Source: Eledone cirrhosa | Taxonomy: Eukaryota | Assembly: GCA_964016885.1 (NCBI GenBank) | Contig: OZ024752.1 | Location: 21,452,001 to 21,516,000, forward strand | Direction: 5' to 3' | Length of the DNA: 64,000 bases | Shown: positions 27,072 to 38,461 of the stretch, one piece after another | Layout of the letters: the number at the start of each line of letters is the position of its first letter | Numbering within the stretch: the first letter of the stretch is position 1 | Notes under the pieces: model-generated | Database searches by the model: none | Told to the model about the DNA's origin: nothing | What the model saw: the letters and a program-made list of their open reading frames with translations, nothing else | Translations under genes and position numbers: made by a program

Positions 27072-27111
<40 letters not shown>

Positions 27112-27630
27112 AAACACACCCCCGTCCCACCACCTCCACCCCACCCACACCGCCCCTTTCAATGTAAAGTTATGTTGGTCCCACAACATCCAGGCTGAAA
27201 CAAATGAGATCGTGTAGGTGTCACGACAAAAAACACACAGTCCACGCTGTAAATGTGGCCGTGTAGGCAACACGGTAAAAACCTCCCAGCCCCACACTGT
27301 AAATGTGGTTGGTGTTAGGAAGGGCATCCAGCTGTAGAAAACCAGCCAGACAGTCCACGCTGTAATGTGGCCGTGTAGGCAACACGGTAAAAACCTCCCA
27401 GCCCCACACTGTAAATGTGGTTGGTGTTAGGAAGGGCATCCAACTGTAGAAAACCCGCCAGACAGTCCTATGCGAGCAAGACAACCACTCTTGCCTCAAG
27501 TGGGAAAACCCCCGTCCAAACCCATGCAAGCGTGGAACACGGACGCTAAACCTGATGATGATGATATATATATATATATATACAATGATATTAAATAAAT
27601 GGAAACTGACTATATTTATAAAACCATATT

Positions 27631-27693
27631 TATTTTATTATATATATTTCAAGGGTACCAAGACACATTGGTACACTTTCATCAGATAAAATA
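27631..27693 (-). ncRNA. Type I hammerhead, family D
   Basis: TATTTTAT-CTGATGA-A..GTACCAA/TTGGTAC..T-GAAA-TATATA-TA-ATAAAATA. Confidence 0.8.
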
Positions 27694-28234
27694 CAAAGTT
27701 TGTTTTATAAATAGAGACATACCCGTGAAAATCATACCTTATCGGTTGGAAATTCACTGGATAGTGGAAATATATTATGGATTTTTCAAACTTATGTGTG
27801 AATATGTAAATAATTGAATTTAAACGACTATGGGGAGAGAGAGAGAGAGAAGAGATAAGAGGAGAAGGATAAAATAGTGCGAGAGAGAGAAGAAAGAAAC
27901 AAGCGAAGATGAATAAAAACTCATATAACGTTAATTTGAGGGAAATATATTCTAAGTATATATCTTAATAGTACGTGTATTTATGATTATTAGTTGTTTA
28001 AAATTTGTTTATAATATAATATTTTTCTTATGTTATAAGTAGATAAATAAATAAATAAATAACATCATAATAATGTCTACAAGAATTAAATAAATTCGTT
28101 CTTAGATTAATAGAGTTTTTACATTTAAGTATGTCAAAAATTTCCTCAACACACAATTTGCAGAATCTAGATAAAGCTGTGTTTCAGTACGCGGGTGCCT
28201 TTGAAACTGTTTCCCAAGTTAATGAATAGTCCAT

Positions 28235-28562
28235 CATCATCATTTTACGTCCGCTTTTCCCTGCTTGCAAGGGTGGGACGGGAACTGATTCTGGCTTGAT
28301 TTCTACAGCTGGATGCCCTTCCTAACACCAACCTTATTTACAGTGAGTGCTGGGTGCTTTTTTCCCGTGGCGCTTCCACGACCACTTTGCAGTGGAATGA
28401 TATGGACCCCAGTCCCTATCATCTCATTTCTACAGCTGAGTAAACTGGAGCAATGTGAAATAAAGTGTCTTACTCAAGGAAACAACACATCACCCGGTCT
28501 AAGAATTGAACTCCCAACCTTTCGATTGCAAGGCCAATGCTCTAACCACTAAGCCATGTGCC
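28235..28562 (-). mobile_element. Full-length tRNA SINE inserted in the PLE-D endonuclease region
   Basis: Same family as 21673-22003. Short TCCAT duplication at the junctions. Confidence 0.9.
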
Positions 28563-29231
28563 TCCATATTCTTCCATTTTAAGTTCCATATCAGGTTTGA
28601 AAGAGAAGTTGAAGATTTTTTATCAAATCTTCGGAAAGAGCAATTGTGGTTATTCCAGCAACTTTTAAATTCTGTAGAAGTTGCACCGACATAGTTAAAT
28701 ATATTATCATTAGTTTTAACTGAACATTTATAGACCGCGTTTTTATCTAAACACTTATTTTGTAAAGGACAGTTTGATTTAATTCTACAGTTACACTTTG
28801 CGAATTTATTTAATTCTTGTAGACATCGCCAGAATTCAACATTCAGAACTATATATAACTTATAATTATACTTATAATATTTCTACTTATTTCCATAACA
28901 ATCTCATCCACTTGGTTTTAATATATTAATATCTCTAAATCATAATATCTCTAACATTTGCTGTAATTCCACTTCTTAAAGTTTCATAAAATATATATGT
29001 ATATAATTCTAATCTTTTTGTTTCTGAATTTGTTTAGCAAGATTCTTTATCTGAAATCGTGTGTTGAAACCGATATTGTTATACTTTGGGAGGGTCATGT
29101 TGCCAATAAGAAACACACGCACCAGTTGCTTTCACTTCAATTTAATTTAATATATATTTATAAATTTACAAATTTATAAATTTCTGGTTGGTTGGTTGGT
29201 TCCACAACCAGATAGTTGTTTATATATATAT

Positions 29232-29276
29232 AGTCATAGTTCTTTCGTCACACACTCTGTGACCTCTTCAGTGACT
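29232..29276 (-). ncRNA. Type I hammerhead, family B
   Basis: Mirror of 32198-32242. Confidence 0.75.
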
Positions 29277-29573
29277 GGGGATTTCTTTCTTCGTTTCTGT
29301 GCCTTTCCTTTCTTCTATCCTACGCCATTTTGTTTGTGTGTGGGTTGCGTGCTCAGTTTGCGCATGCGCCACATCCGGGTGTCTGTGTGTGTTTGTGTTC
29401 ATTTTTCTATTTTTCTATTTATATTTGTTTGTTTATTTATTTATTTATTGTTGGTTGGTTGTTTGTTCTATGTGTGTGTGTGTTTTCATTTTGTCTTGTG
29501 TGTGTTTTCATTTTGTGTGTGTTTTCAATTGTAAGTTGTTTGTTCTATGTGTGTGTGTGTTTTCATTTTGTCC

Positions 29574-30716
29574 TTAATTGTAAGTTGTGATGTTGCTGTT
29601 CCACTCATATTTTCTATTTAATTTTGGTTTTAATTCTTTTATGCTTACTGCCTCTGTAATTTGCCTAAACATTGCGTCTTTCTTGTGTGTGGATTCTATT
29701 TTTATTTCTATGCTCTCTAATTTACCCCTGTGTTCTATCTTAGCATGTTGGTAGAGCACAGATGATTCTTTACTATCTTGGAGGTCTCGCCAGTGTTCAT
29801 TTATTCGTTCCCCTATACTACGAGCTGTCTCACCTATGTACACTATATTTTTGTTTCTACATTGTCCCTCAGTACATCTTATGCTATATACTACATTTCT
29901 AGTTTTACAGTTAATATGGGGGCTTATTTTACAGGTTATACATTTCTTATCTATACATGAGGGTCTTTGGAACGGGTATGTCTTGCTAATAAGTGTTTTT
30001 ACGGAGGTACCAGATCTTTCTACTATCTTAATATTGAGATTATGTTTCTTTAGGGCCCTTCTAAATTTGTAGGCTAGTTCGCCTCTAGGGGTTGTATTGA
30101 TGAACATTACACTCTGGTATTTATTGCTATCATACCATGAGTTTATTCTATTGGCCTTGTTCTTAGTTCTTTCTATTCTATTCCAAAATTTGCTCCTATA
30201 CAAGGGGCAGGTCCCATTTATGTCATTATTTACCATTTTTTCCCATTTGGTTCTGGCTCCTTTATACACTCTGATTCTATCTCTCTGATTGTAGCCAGAG
30301 AACTGCATACGGTGGATGAAGTGTTGTATGTGTCTCTCTAGTTCTTCGGGGTTGCACATGCGGGACACATTTCTCATCACCCGTATCAAATCCGCAATCA
30401 GTATGTTGATTTTGGTATGGTCCGAAATGGCCGAGTTTCGGTGGATCAGATGTTTGGAAGTCATGGGTTTGGCATAATGGGAATGGAGGATTTGTTTTTG
30501 GTTGTTAATAGTATCTAACCAGAGCTCTGTGTCTAGTACAGGTAATCGATGGTTGGGGTGTCTACTTGGGTAGTCTATAGTAACTCTAATGCTCTGGTGG
30601 ATGGAGTTTGCTATTTGCTGGATGCTTTCCATTGTGTTTTTCTCAGGTTCCTGACTGTTCTTTAGTGGGGGTGTCTTAACTACGATGTTTATATCATCTA
30701 CGTAGCGGGAGTACAT
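29574..30716 (-). CDS. 5'-truncated PLE RT (from YVDD) + GIY-YIG endonuclease, left arm
   Basis: RYVDD, LPVLD, VVY..YIGETARS..ER..EH, EAVSI..PKLN. Confidence 0.9.
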   Translation of the reverse strand: MYSRYVDDINIVVKTPPLKNSQEPEKNTMESIQQIANSIHQSIRVTIDYPSRHPNHRLPVLDTELWLDTINNQKQILHSHYAKPMTSKHLIHRNSAISDHTKINILIADLIRVMRNVSRMCNPEELERHIQHFIHRMQFSGYNQRDRIRVYKGARTKWEKMVNNDINGTCPLYRSKFWNRIERTKNKANRINSWYDSNKYQSVMFINTTPRGELAYKFRRALKKHNLNIKIVERSGTSVKTLISKTYPFQRPSCIDKKCITCKISPHINCKTRNVVYSIRCTEGQCRNKNIVYIGETARSIGERINEHWRDLQDSKESSVLYQHAKIEHRGKLESIEIKIESTHKKDAMFRQITEAVSIKELKPKLNRKYEWNSNITTYN

Positions 30717-30759
30717 TATCAGGGTTAAGCTTAAGGGTTAAGACAGCTTAACCCTGATA

Positions 30760-31902
30760 ATGTACTCCCGCTACGTAGATGATATAAACATCGTAGTTAA
30801 GACACCCCCACTAAAGAACAGTCAGGAACCTGAGAAAAACACAATGGAAAGCATCCAGCAAATAGCAAACTCCATCCACCAGAGCATTAGAGTTACTATA
30901 GACTACCCAAGTAGACACCCCAACCATCGATTACCTGTACTAGACACAGAGCTCTGGTTAGATACTATTAACAACCAAAAACAAATCCTCCATTCCCATT
31001 ATGCCAAACCCATGACTTCCAAACATCTGATCCACCGAAACTCGGCCATTTCGGACCATACCAAAATCAACATACTGATTGCGGATTTGATACGGGTGAT
31101 GAGAAATGTGTCCCGCATGTGCAACCCCGAAGAACTAGAGAGACACATACAACACTTCATCCACCGTATGCAGTTCTCTGGCTACAATCAGAGAGATAGA
31201 ATCAGAGTGTATAAAGGAGCCAGAACCAAATGGGAAAAAATGGTAAATAATGACATAAATGGGACCTGCCCCTTGTATAGGAGCAAATTTTGGAATAGAA
31301 TAGAAAGAACTAAGAACAAGGCCAATAGAATAAACTCATGGTATGATAGCAATAAATACCAGAGTGTAATGTTCATCAATACAACCCCTAGAGGCGAACT
31401 AGCCTACAAATTTAGAAGGGCCCTAAAGAAACATAATCTCAATATTAAGATAGTAGAAAGACCTGGTACCTCCGTAAAAACACTTATTAGCAAGACATAC
31501 CCGTTCCAAAGACCCTCATGTATAGATAAGAAATGTATAACCTGTAAAATAAGCCCCCATATTAACTGTAAAACTAGAAATGTAGTATATAGCATAAGAT
31601 GTACTGAGGGACAATGTAGAAACAAAAATATAGTGTACATAGGTGAGACAGCTCGTAGTATAGGGGAACGAATAAATGAACACTGGCGAGACCTCCAAGA
31701 TAGTAAAGAATCATCTGTGCTCTACCAACATGCTAAGATAGAACACAGGGGTAAATTAGAGAGCATAGAAATAAAAATAGAATCCACACACAAGAAAGAC
31801 GCAATGTTTAGGCAAATTACAGAGGCAGTAAGCATAAAAGAATTAAAACCAAAATTAAATAGAAAATATGAGTGGAACAGCAACATCACAACTTACAATT
31901 AA
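30760..31902 (+). CDS. 5'-truncated PLE RT + GIY-YIG endonuclease, right arm
   Basis: Same as the left arm except ERPGT vs ERSGT. Confidence 0.9.
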   Translation: MYSRYVDDINIVVKTPPLKNSQEPEKNTMESIQQIANSIHQSIRVTIDYPSRHPNHRLPVLDTELWLDTINNQKQILHSHYAKPMTSKHLIHRNSAISDHTKINILIADLIRVMRNVSRMCNPEELERHIQHFIHRMQFSGYNQRDRIRVYKGARTKWEKMVNNDINGTCPLYRSKFWNRIERTKNKANRINSWYDSNKYQSVMFINTTPRGELAYKFRRALKKHNLNIKIVERPGTSVKTLISKTYPFQRPSCIDKKCITCKISPHINCKTRNVVYSIRCTEGQCRNKNIVYIGETARSIGERINEHWRDLQDSKESSVLYQHAKIEHRGKLESIEIKIESTHKKDAMFRQITEAVSIKELKPKLNRKYEWNSNITTYN

Positions 31903-32197
31903 GGACAAAATGAAAACACACACACACATAGAACAAACAACTTACAATTGAAAACACACAAAATGAAAACACACACAAGACAAAATGAAAACACACACAC
32001 ACATAGAACAAACAACCAACCAACAATAAATAAATAAATAAACAAACAAATATAAATAGAAAAATAGAAAAATGAACACAAACACACACAGACACCCGGA
32101 TGTGGCGCATGCGCAAACTGAGCACGCAACCCACACACAAACAAAATGGCGTAGGATAGAAGAAAGGAAAGGCACAGAAACGAAGAAAGAAATCCCC

Positions 32198-32242
32198 AGT
32201 CACTGAAGAGGTCACAGAGTGTGTGACGAAAGAACTATGACT
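32198..32242 (+). ncRNA. Type I hammerhead, family B
   Basis: AGTCA-CTGAAGA-G-GTCACA/TGTGAC-GAAA-GAAC-TA-TGACT. Confidence 0.78.
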
Positions 32243-33147
32243 ATATATATATAAACAACTATCTGGTTGTGGAACCAACCAACCAACCAGAAATTTATAA
32301 ATTTGTAAATTTATAAATATATATTAAATTAAATTGAAGTGAAAGCAACTGGTGCGTGTGTTTCTTATTGGCAACATGACCCTCCCAAAGTATAACAATC
32401 TAATCTTTTTTTTAAATTTTAATTTTAATTTTAATAATTTTTATTTCTTTATTTTTATTTCTTTAATTTTTATTTCTTTATAAATTACTTATCTCTTATA
32501 AATTACTTTTTAAACAAATTTTCTCAAATTTTTCAATATATTTTCAATACTTTTTCAATATTTTTTCAATATTTTATCAATATTTTTTCAATATTTTTCA
32601 ATACTTTATCAATATTTTTTCAATATTTTTCAATAGATTTATAACCACTAACTGTTTCTGGCTAATGTTTCTGTTTCTGGCTAATGTTTCTGGCTATCTT
32701 TCAACATCTATACTCACTTTGACTAAATAGTCTCACACTAATGAATAAATAAATTAAACCGGAGTTTTTTCCGTATCTTCCCATTTTAAAGCATATAAAT
32801 ATAAATATTATTAACTCAGTTAATTTAATTTAATTTAACTTAATATTTATTTACATTAAATACAAAACCAATATCCCTCATAACTCATTAGAACAATTAT
32901 CTATAACATGATATACCCATCTATTTATTTATTTATTTATTTATTTATTTATGTATTTATTTATTCATTTATCTACTTATAACAGAAGAAAAATATATTA
33001 TAAACAAATTTTAAACAACTAATAATCGTAAATACACATACTATTAAGGTATATACTTAGAATATATTTCCCTCAAATTAACGTTATATGAGTTTTTATT
33101 CATCTTCTCTTGTTTCTTTCTTCTCTTTCTCTCTCGCACTATTTTAT

Positions 33148-33184
<37 letters not shown>

Positions 33185-33344
33185 GTCGTTTAAATAAACG
33201 GTTGTTTTTCAATTATTTACATATTCATTTACATATTCACGCATAAGTTTGAAAAATCCCTAATATATTTCCACTATCCAGTGAATTTCCAACCGATAAG
33301 GTATGATTTTCATGGGTATGTCTCTATTTATAAAACAAACTTTG

Positions 33345-33407
33345 TATTTTATCTGATGAAAGCGTACCAATGTGTCTTGGTACCTTTGAAATATATATAA
33401 TAAAATA
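33345..33407 (+). ncRNA. Type I hammerhead, family D
   Basis: 8-bp stem I TATTTTAT/ATAAAATA, CTGATGA and GAAA core, palindromic TATATA stem III. Confidence 0.8.
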
Positions 33408-33545
33408 AATATGGTTTTATTTTATAAATATAGTTTCCATTTATTTAATATCATTGAATATTTACTCCAGTAAACTGTTGATTGCTCTAAATCAGTTATA
33501 ACATTTATATTTGTCGGACTTCCAACAAATTAAATACCCCTTCTA

Positions 33546-33584
<39 letters not shown>

Positions 33585-33596
<12 letters not shown>

Positions 33597-34261
33597 GAGA
33601 ATGTCTGTCAGATCACTAAAACTCAAGAACCACCCAACCGATTGTTTTCAAACTTTACATACTTATGGTCCTGTGAGTGTTTTGGGAATTTTCAATGCCC
33701 TAGGGACCGCAGTAGGCGATTTAACGATCTCTCTCTATAATTCTTAGTCTATCTCTTTTTAGATAGATACATAGATATAACTGTTTCTACTTTAGGCACA
33801 AGGCCAGCAATTTACCAGTGCATTACTGGTACTTTATTTTATCGACCCCATAAGGATGAAAGGCAAAGTCAACCTCGGCAGGATTTGATAACGTTGCGCC
33901 ATTATATCTGTCTGTATGTCTGGATGTCTGCATTACGACATTATGACGTAGCTGTGTGTGTGTATATATGTATATATAGTGTGTAACGTCTTTCGAAATA
34001 ATTACTTCTGCGTTCACAGATTGACTTTTTTAGTTTCAGAAGATCCCGTTAAGGGTGAAAGCAGCGATTCTTTGCTTAAACTTTAATCTGTTATTTTAAT
34101 ATATATATATAATTATATATTCATGTACAGATATTTTTGCAAACACAATAACAAAATATAAACAAACGTATTTATTTCACGAGGCTCGATAAGGATAAAT
34201 ATATATCAAATATATGAGAACCCTAGAGCAAATCCCGAGCAACGGTGGGCCATTCTGCTAG
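33585..34261 (+). mobile_element. Non-autonomous Helitron-like element with nested Nin-like SINE (33780-33888, minus)
   Basis: 3' hairpin CCCGAGCAACGGTGGG followed by CTAG|T at 34258-34262. The 5' limit is approximate, within (TA)n. Confidence 0.6.
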
Positions 34262-34269
34262 TATATATA

Positions 34270-34560
34270 TAAAATTAAATAAAAATGGCGTAGACATTAC
34301 AATACAATACAATAGGAGGAAACATAATAGTACCACTGATGATGTTGCAGATGTGCAACGAAAGAACTTTGTTAGACTATATATATATATTCATATCTGT
34401 ATTTCTAACTTTTGGTCAGTCAGTGATAAACATTGATTGCCAAATAAATTAACTCTGGAGATATGAAAGAAACAGAAGCGAAACCCAACCAAACAGTGAG
34501 TGTATTCTGTTATTATTTCTGGCAATATTATTACAACAATATGACCCTCCCCAAGTATAA
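34270..34560 (+). mobile_element. Solo 3'-end (pLTR) of a PLE family C relative with HHR-like motif at 34331-34374
   Basis: Homologous to 59235-59540. CTGATGA-T-GTTGCA/TGCAAC-GAAA-GAAC-TT. Ends at ATGACCCTCCCCAAGTATAA. Confidence 0.8.
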
Positions 34561-34637
34561 TTATATATACATATGTCCCAAGGCTCTGAAACCATCAACA
34601 CCAAAAACACAGAGCTGGCATATCTAAGAACTGATTA

Positions 34638-34693
34638 ACTGCCTGATGAGGTCATAGCCATTCAATGGCTATCATCGAAATATATATAGCAGT
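34638..34693 (+). ncRNA. Type I hammerhead, family E (within fragment 34570-34740)
   Basis: ACTGC-CTGATGA-G..ATAGCCA/TGGCTAT..C-GAAA-TATATA-TA-GCAGT. Confidence 0.85.
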
Positions 34694-35159
34694 AAATAAA
34701 GGATTATGAGTTCATGCAATTGACTTATGTTTCGTCACTATATATATATATATGTACATATTATCATCATCATCATCATCATCATCGTTTAACATCTATC
34801 TTCCACGCTAGCATGGGTGTGTATATATATGTTTCTACACTCACTCTCTCTCTACACCTTTCTGTTCCTCTCCCTTACTTTCTCTTAACCCTTTACCATT
34901 TACATTACTCTATATATACTATTGTATTTTGGTGGTAAAGGCTTTATCTTCATAATTATCTCACATATTGTTGAATCTATGAGATTTTGATATTATTCAT
35001 TTTGAGAAAAATACCTTAATGTCAGTATGAGTGGCTGTTTACAACCGGTTTGAATAGAAAGAAATGAGAAAATTCTGACCGGATACGGCCACTTTAAATG
35101 TAAAGGGTTAATATTCCTCTTAACTTTTCTTTCTTTCCCCAATTTCCATTTCAGTTAAT

Positions 35160-35530
35160 CTCCTTCTCACTCTCTCACTCTCTCAATCCTGTCCCTCTCA
35201 CTCTCTCACTCTCTCACTCTCTCAATCCTGTCCCTCTCACTCTCTCACTCTCTCAATCCTGCTTCTCTCACTCTCTCAATCCTGCTTCTCTCACTCTCTC
35301 AATTCTGTCCCTCTCACTCTCTCACTCTCTCACTCTCTCAATTCTGTCCCTCTCACTCTCTCACTCTCTCACTCTCTCACTCTCTCAATCCTGTCCCTCT
35401 CACTCTCTCACTCTCTCAATCCTGCTTCTCTCACTCTCTCAATCCTGCTTCTCTCACTCTCTCAATCCTGTCCCTCTCACTCTCTCACTCTCTCAACCCT
35501 GTCCCTCTCACTCTCTCACTCTCTCAATCC
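35160..35530. repeat. CT-rich minisatellite (CTCTCACT / CTCTCAATCCTGTCC units)
   Basis: Directly visible. Confidence 0.9.
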
Positions 35531-36615
35531 AGATCTTTCTTAATCGGGTGTAGGATTCCCTGGTTACGCGTTCCTTATTACAGATACCATTATAGGATAT
35601 GTTCTCATCTATCCCCAGGTATCTGTAGCAGTCCTCATCAGATATCGGTGAAACAGTTACGCCATTGATGACAATGTTGCTAGATTGGGTTGTAGTTTTT
35701 CCCCACTTTACAGTCATGTATGAGCATTTATCGTGGCCAAACTCCATTCCTATATACTTTGAGAACGTTGTAACCAGGTGAAGATTTTTCTTCATCCAAT
35801 CCATGTTCTTGGCATAGAGTTTCAGATCGTCCACAAAGAAATTATGGGTTAGGTTCGTATTTCTGTCCTCCTGTGAGCCAATGATGTATCCCTCACATTT
35901 CTTGAGCAGAAAGGACAAGGGGTTTAATGATAGGATAAATAATATCTCAGAGAGACTGTCTCCTTGAAATATACCCCTGCAATATTTTATTTTACCAGTG
36001 AAAATAGAGTCCTCCTTCTCTGTCTTTAACTTTAGGACAGAAGCCCAAGAAGAAGATAGCCTCTCTATGGCTCTGACAATAATGTCTGGGACTTTAGCAA
36101 GTCGGAGGGCCTCTATCATCCAAGAGTGGGGAACAGAATCGAAAGCTTTCCTGTAGTCCAGCCAGACTGTAGCCATATTCCTTCTAAGTTGTCGCACCTC
36201 CGACATCGCAGTTTTGTTGATTAGGAGTTGTTCAGCACATCCCCAAAACCCTTTCTTTCCAGCTGCTTGTTCATCTGTGATGATGTTATTATTTTCACAG
36301 TGATCTTGGAGGAATAGGTTCAGGCAGGCTGTATACATCTTATACATCAGGTTCTGGCATGCAATGGGTCGGTAGTTTTTTGCCAAGTCGGTGTCTTTGT
36401 TCTTGGGACCAGTAACGTTTGTGCTAATGTCAACCATTCTGGTATAAGTATATCTCCGTTAAGAACTTATTGGTAAAGGTCGGTAAGATACCTCCGATAG
36501 AATATCAGTTTTTTGTACCAGTAGCCGACAATCATGTCTCTTCCTCGCATTTTCTTATCTTGGAGTTTTCCTATCACAGTCTCAAGGGTACCCTCACTTA
36601 TTTCGTATGTTTTTG
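35530..36615 (-). pseudogene. RT of an RLE-type non-LTR element (R4/Dong-like)
   Basis: NYRPIAC, EQAAG, WLDYRKAFDSVPH, GIFQGDSLS, FVDDLKLY, YRYLG. Confidence 0.88.
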
Positions 36616-36639
36616 TTGTATGTATGTATGTATGTATGT

Positions 36640-37245
36640 CAGGTCACCAGTTGGTGCTACTGGTAACATGTATTCCAGTACAACCTGTCCCATGGTCGGG
36701 TCGTTGGCGACTAAACTGGCAACCCCACCAAGGTTTCTTGGTGAGGAGGGTGACTTTGGACATCCTGCAGGACTAAAACCAAAACCTGTCAAATGGCAAA
36801 GGAGCTCTTAAGAGTCAATGGCCATCCAAAATCACCGGGAGAGATGACCCCTTAGCCTTTGTCAAGGCAGAATTCTAGGAGAAGGAAAACTCTGATATAA
36901 CACTTGCAACCCTGATGGTATCCAATGATGTTGACTTGTTCTTCTTTTTGGTAAATATCATCTTGTTTAAGAGAGTGGGACTGGCTTTGTGCAGTGCCTT
37001 TGCTCACTATAAAAGCTTCACGGCACAGGCATTGCTTTATATCTGGAGATATCTCTGGACTTGTCATCACATGGTACCATGGGCCCAGCACTATGTGTCA
37101 ATAATTGTCACAAGTGTAGTGTTTGTACCAGAGTTTTCAAGTCTCTGGCTGGTCTAAAAAGTCACACTCGTTCAGAGCATCGGTAGGGGTTCTCCTACAT
37201 GGATATAAAGTAGTGGCCGTACTCGAAAACGAGTTGGCAGCTACC
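36640..37245 (+). mobile_element. ~606-bp non-coding interspersed element in (TATG)n, copy 1
   Basis: Near-identical to 39724-40329, with the same boundaries. Confidence 0.8.
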
Positions 37246-37489
37246 ATGTATGTATGTATGTATTTATGGATATACGTATGTATATGTTTTCTCTTTAAAA
37301 TTTTAGAGTATATTTTTGACTGGCCACCTTCCTGGTGGCAAGGTTGTAAAGACAAGGAAATTGTATGTATGTATAAGTGTGTGTGTATGTGTGTGTTTAC
37401 ATATTCAATACATGTGGAATAATTGAATATTTCAGCAGTGCTTGCAGGATTAGCTGCAATAAAAACTTCCACCGAAAAACCATCTCCAC

Positions 37490-38270
37490 TGCCACCACCA
37501 CCATCACCACTACCACCATCACATACACACCACCATCACTACCACCACCATCACCACCACCACCATCACATACACACCACCATCACCACATACACACCAC
37601 CACCACCACTGCCACCACCACCATCATCACATACACACCACCATCACCACCATCACTATTACATACACACCACCACCACCACCACCACCATCACATACAC
37701 ACCACCACCACCATCACCACGACCACATACACACCACACCACGACCACTACCACCACTATCACCACCACCACGACCACCACCACCATCACATACACATCA
37801 CCATCACCACCACTGCCACCACCACCACCATTACCACGACGGCCACCACCACCATCACATACCACCATCACCATTATTACCCCCACCACCACCATCACCA
37901 CCACTGCCACTGCCACCACCATCACATACACACCACCATCACCATAATCACCCCCACCACCACCATCACCACCACTGCCACCACTGCCACCATCACCACC
38001 ACTGCTACCACCACCACCATCATATACACACCACCACCATCATCACCACTGCCACCACCACCACCATCACATACACACCACCATCACCACCATCACCACC
38101 ACTGCCACCACCACCACCATCACATACACACCACCATCACCACCACTGCCACCACCACCACCATCACATACACACCACCACCACCACCACCATCACCACC
38201 ACTGCCACCACCACCACCATCATATACACACCACCATCACCACCACCACCATCACCACCTCCACCAACAA
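37490..38270. repeat. (CAC)n with interspersed CACATA units
   Basis: Directly visible. Confidence 0.9.
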
Positions 38271-38461
38271 AACAATAACACCAACATCACCCCTTACTAT
38301 GTTATATCAATAAAAGTGCAATAAAGTTTATGGCTATGACTATTGATTCCTAGGTTGATTGCTATCTTTGTGTGTGTAGCATGTGTGTGTATGTATGTGT
38401 GTAAGTATGTATGTATGTATGTTTGTATGTATGTGTGTATGTATGTGTGTATGTATGTATG

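Larger units (their letters stand above)
29020..32398. mobile_element. Palindromic PLE family B (YVDD, Cx4CxxC linker; Neptune/Nematis-like)
   Basis: Near-identical ~1.65-kb arms at 29075-30731 and 30745-32399, 13-nt spacer. Flanking direct repeat TCTAATCTTTTT at 29008-29019 and 32399-32410. Confidence 0.93.
27582..33548. mobile_element. Older palindromic PLE remnant (family D, CxCx5C type) hosting nested insertions
   Basis: Minus 28800-28075 translates KCNCRIKSNCPLQNKC..VY..YVG..CKLC..CRH. The plus arm starts at 28801 (NLFNSCRHRQ). 27582-28060 is inverted relative to ~32930-33456. Confidence 0.85.

Noticed and set aside
30721-30755. Telomere-like TTAAGGGTTAAG at the palindrome centre
   Set aside because: Not TTAGGG. 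It is explained by local re-copying of the element's own sequence.
36640-36760. Possible HDV-like or twister ribozyme at the 5' end of the 606-bp element
   Set aside because: Hairpins are present, but I could not fit the nested pseudoknot or the conserved residues. It needs a covariance-model search.
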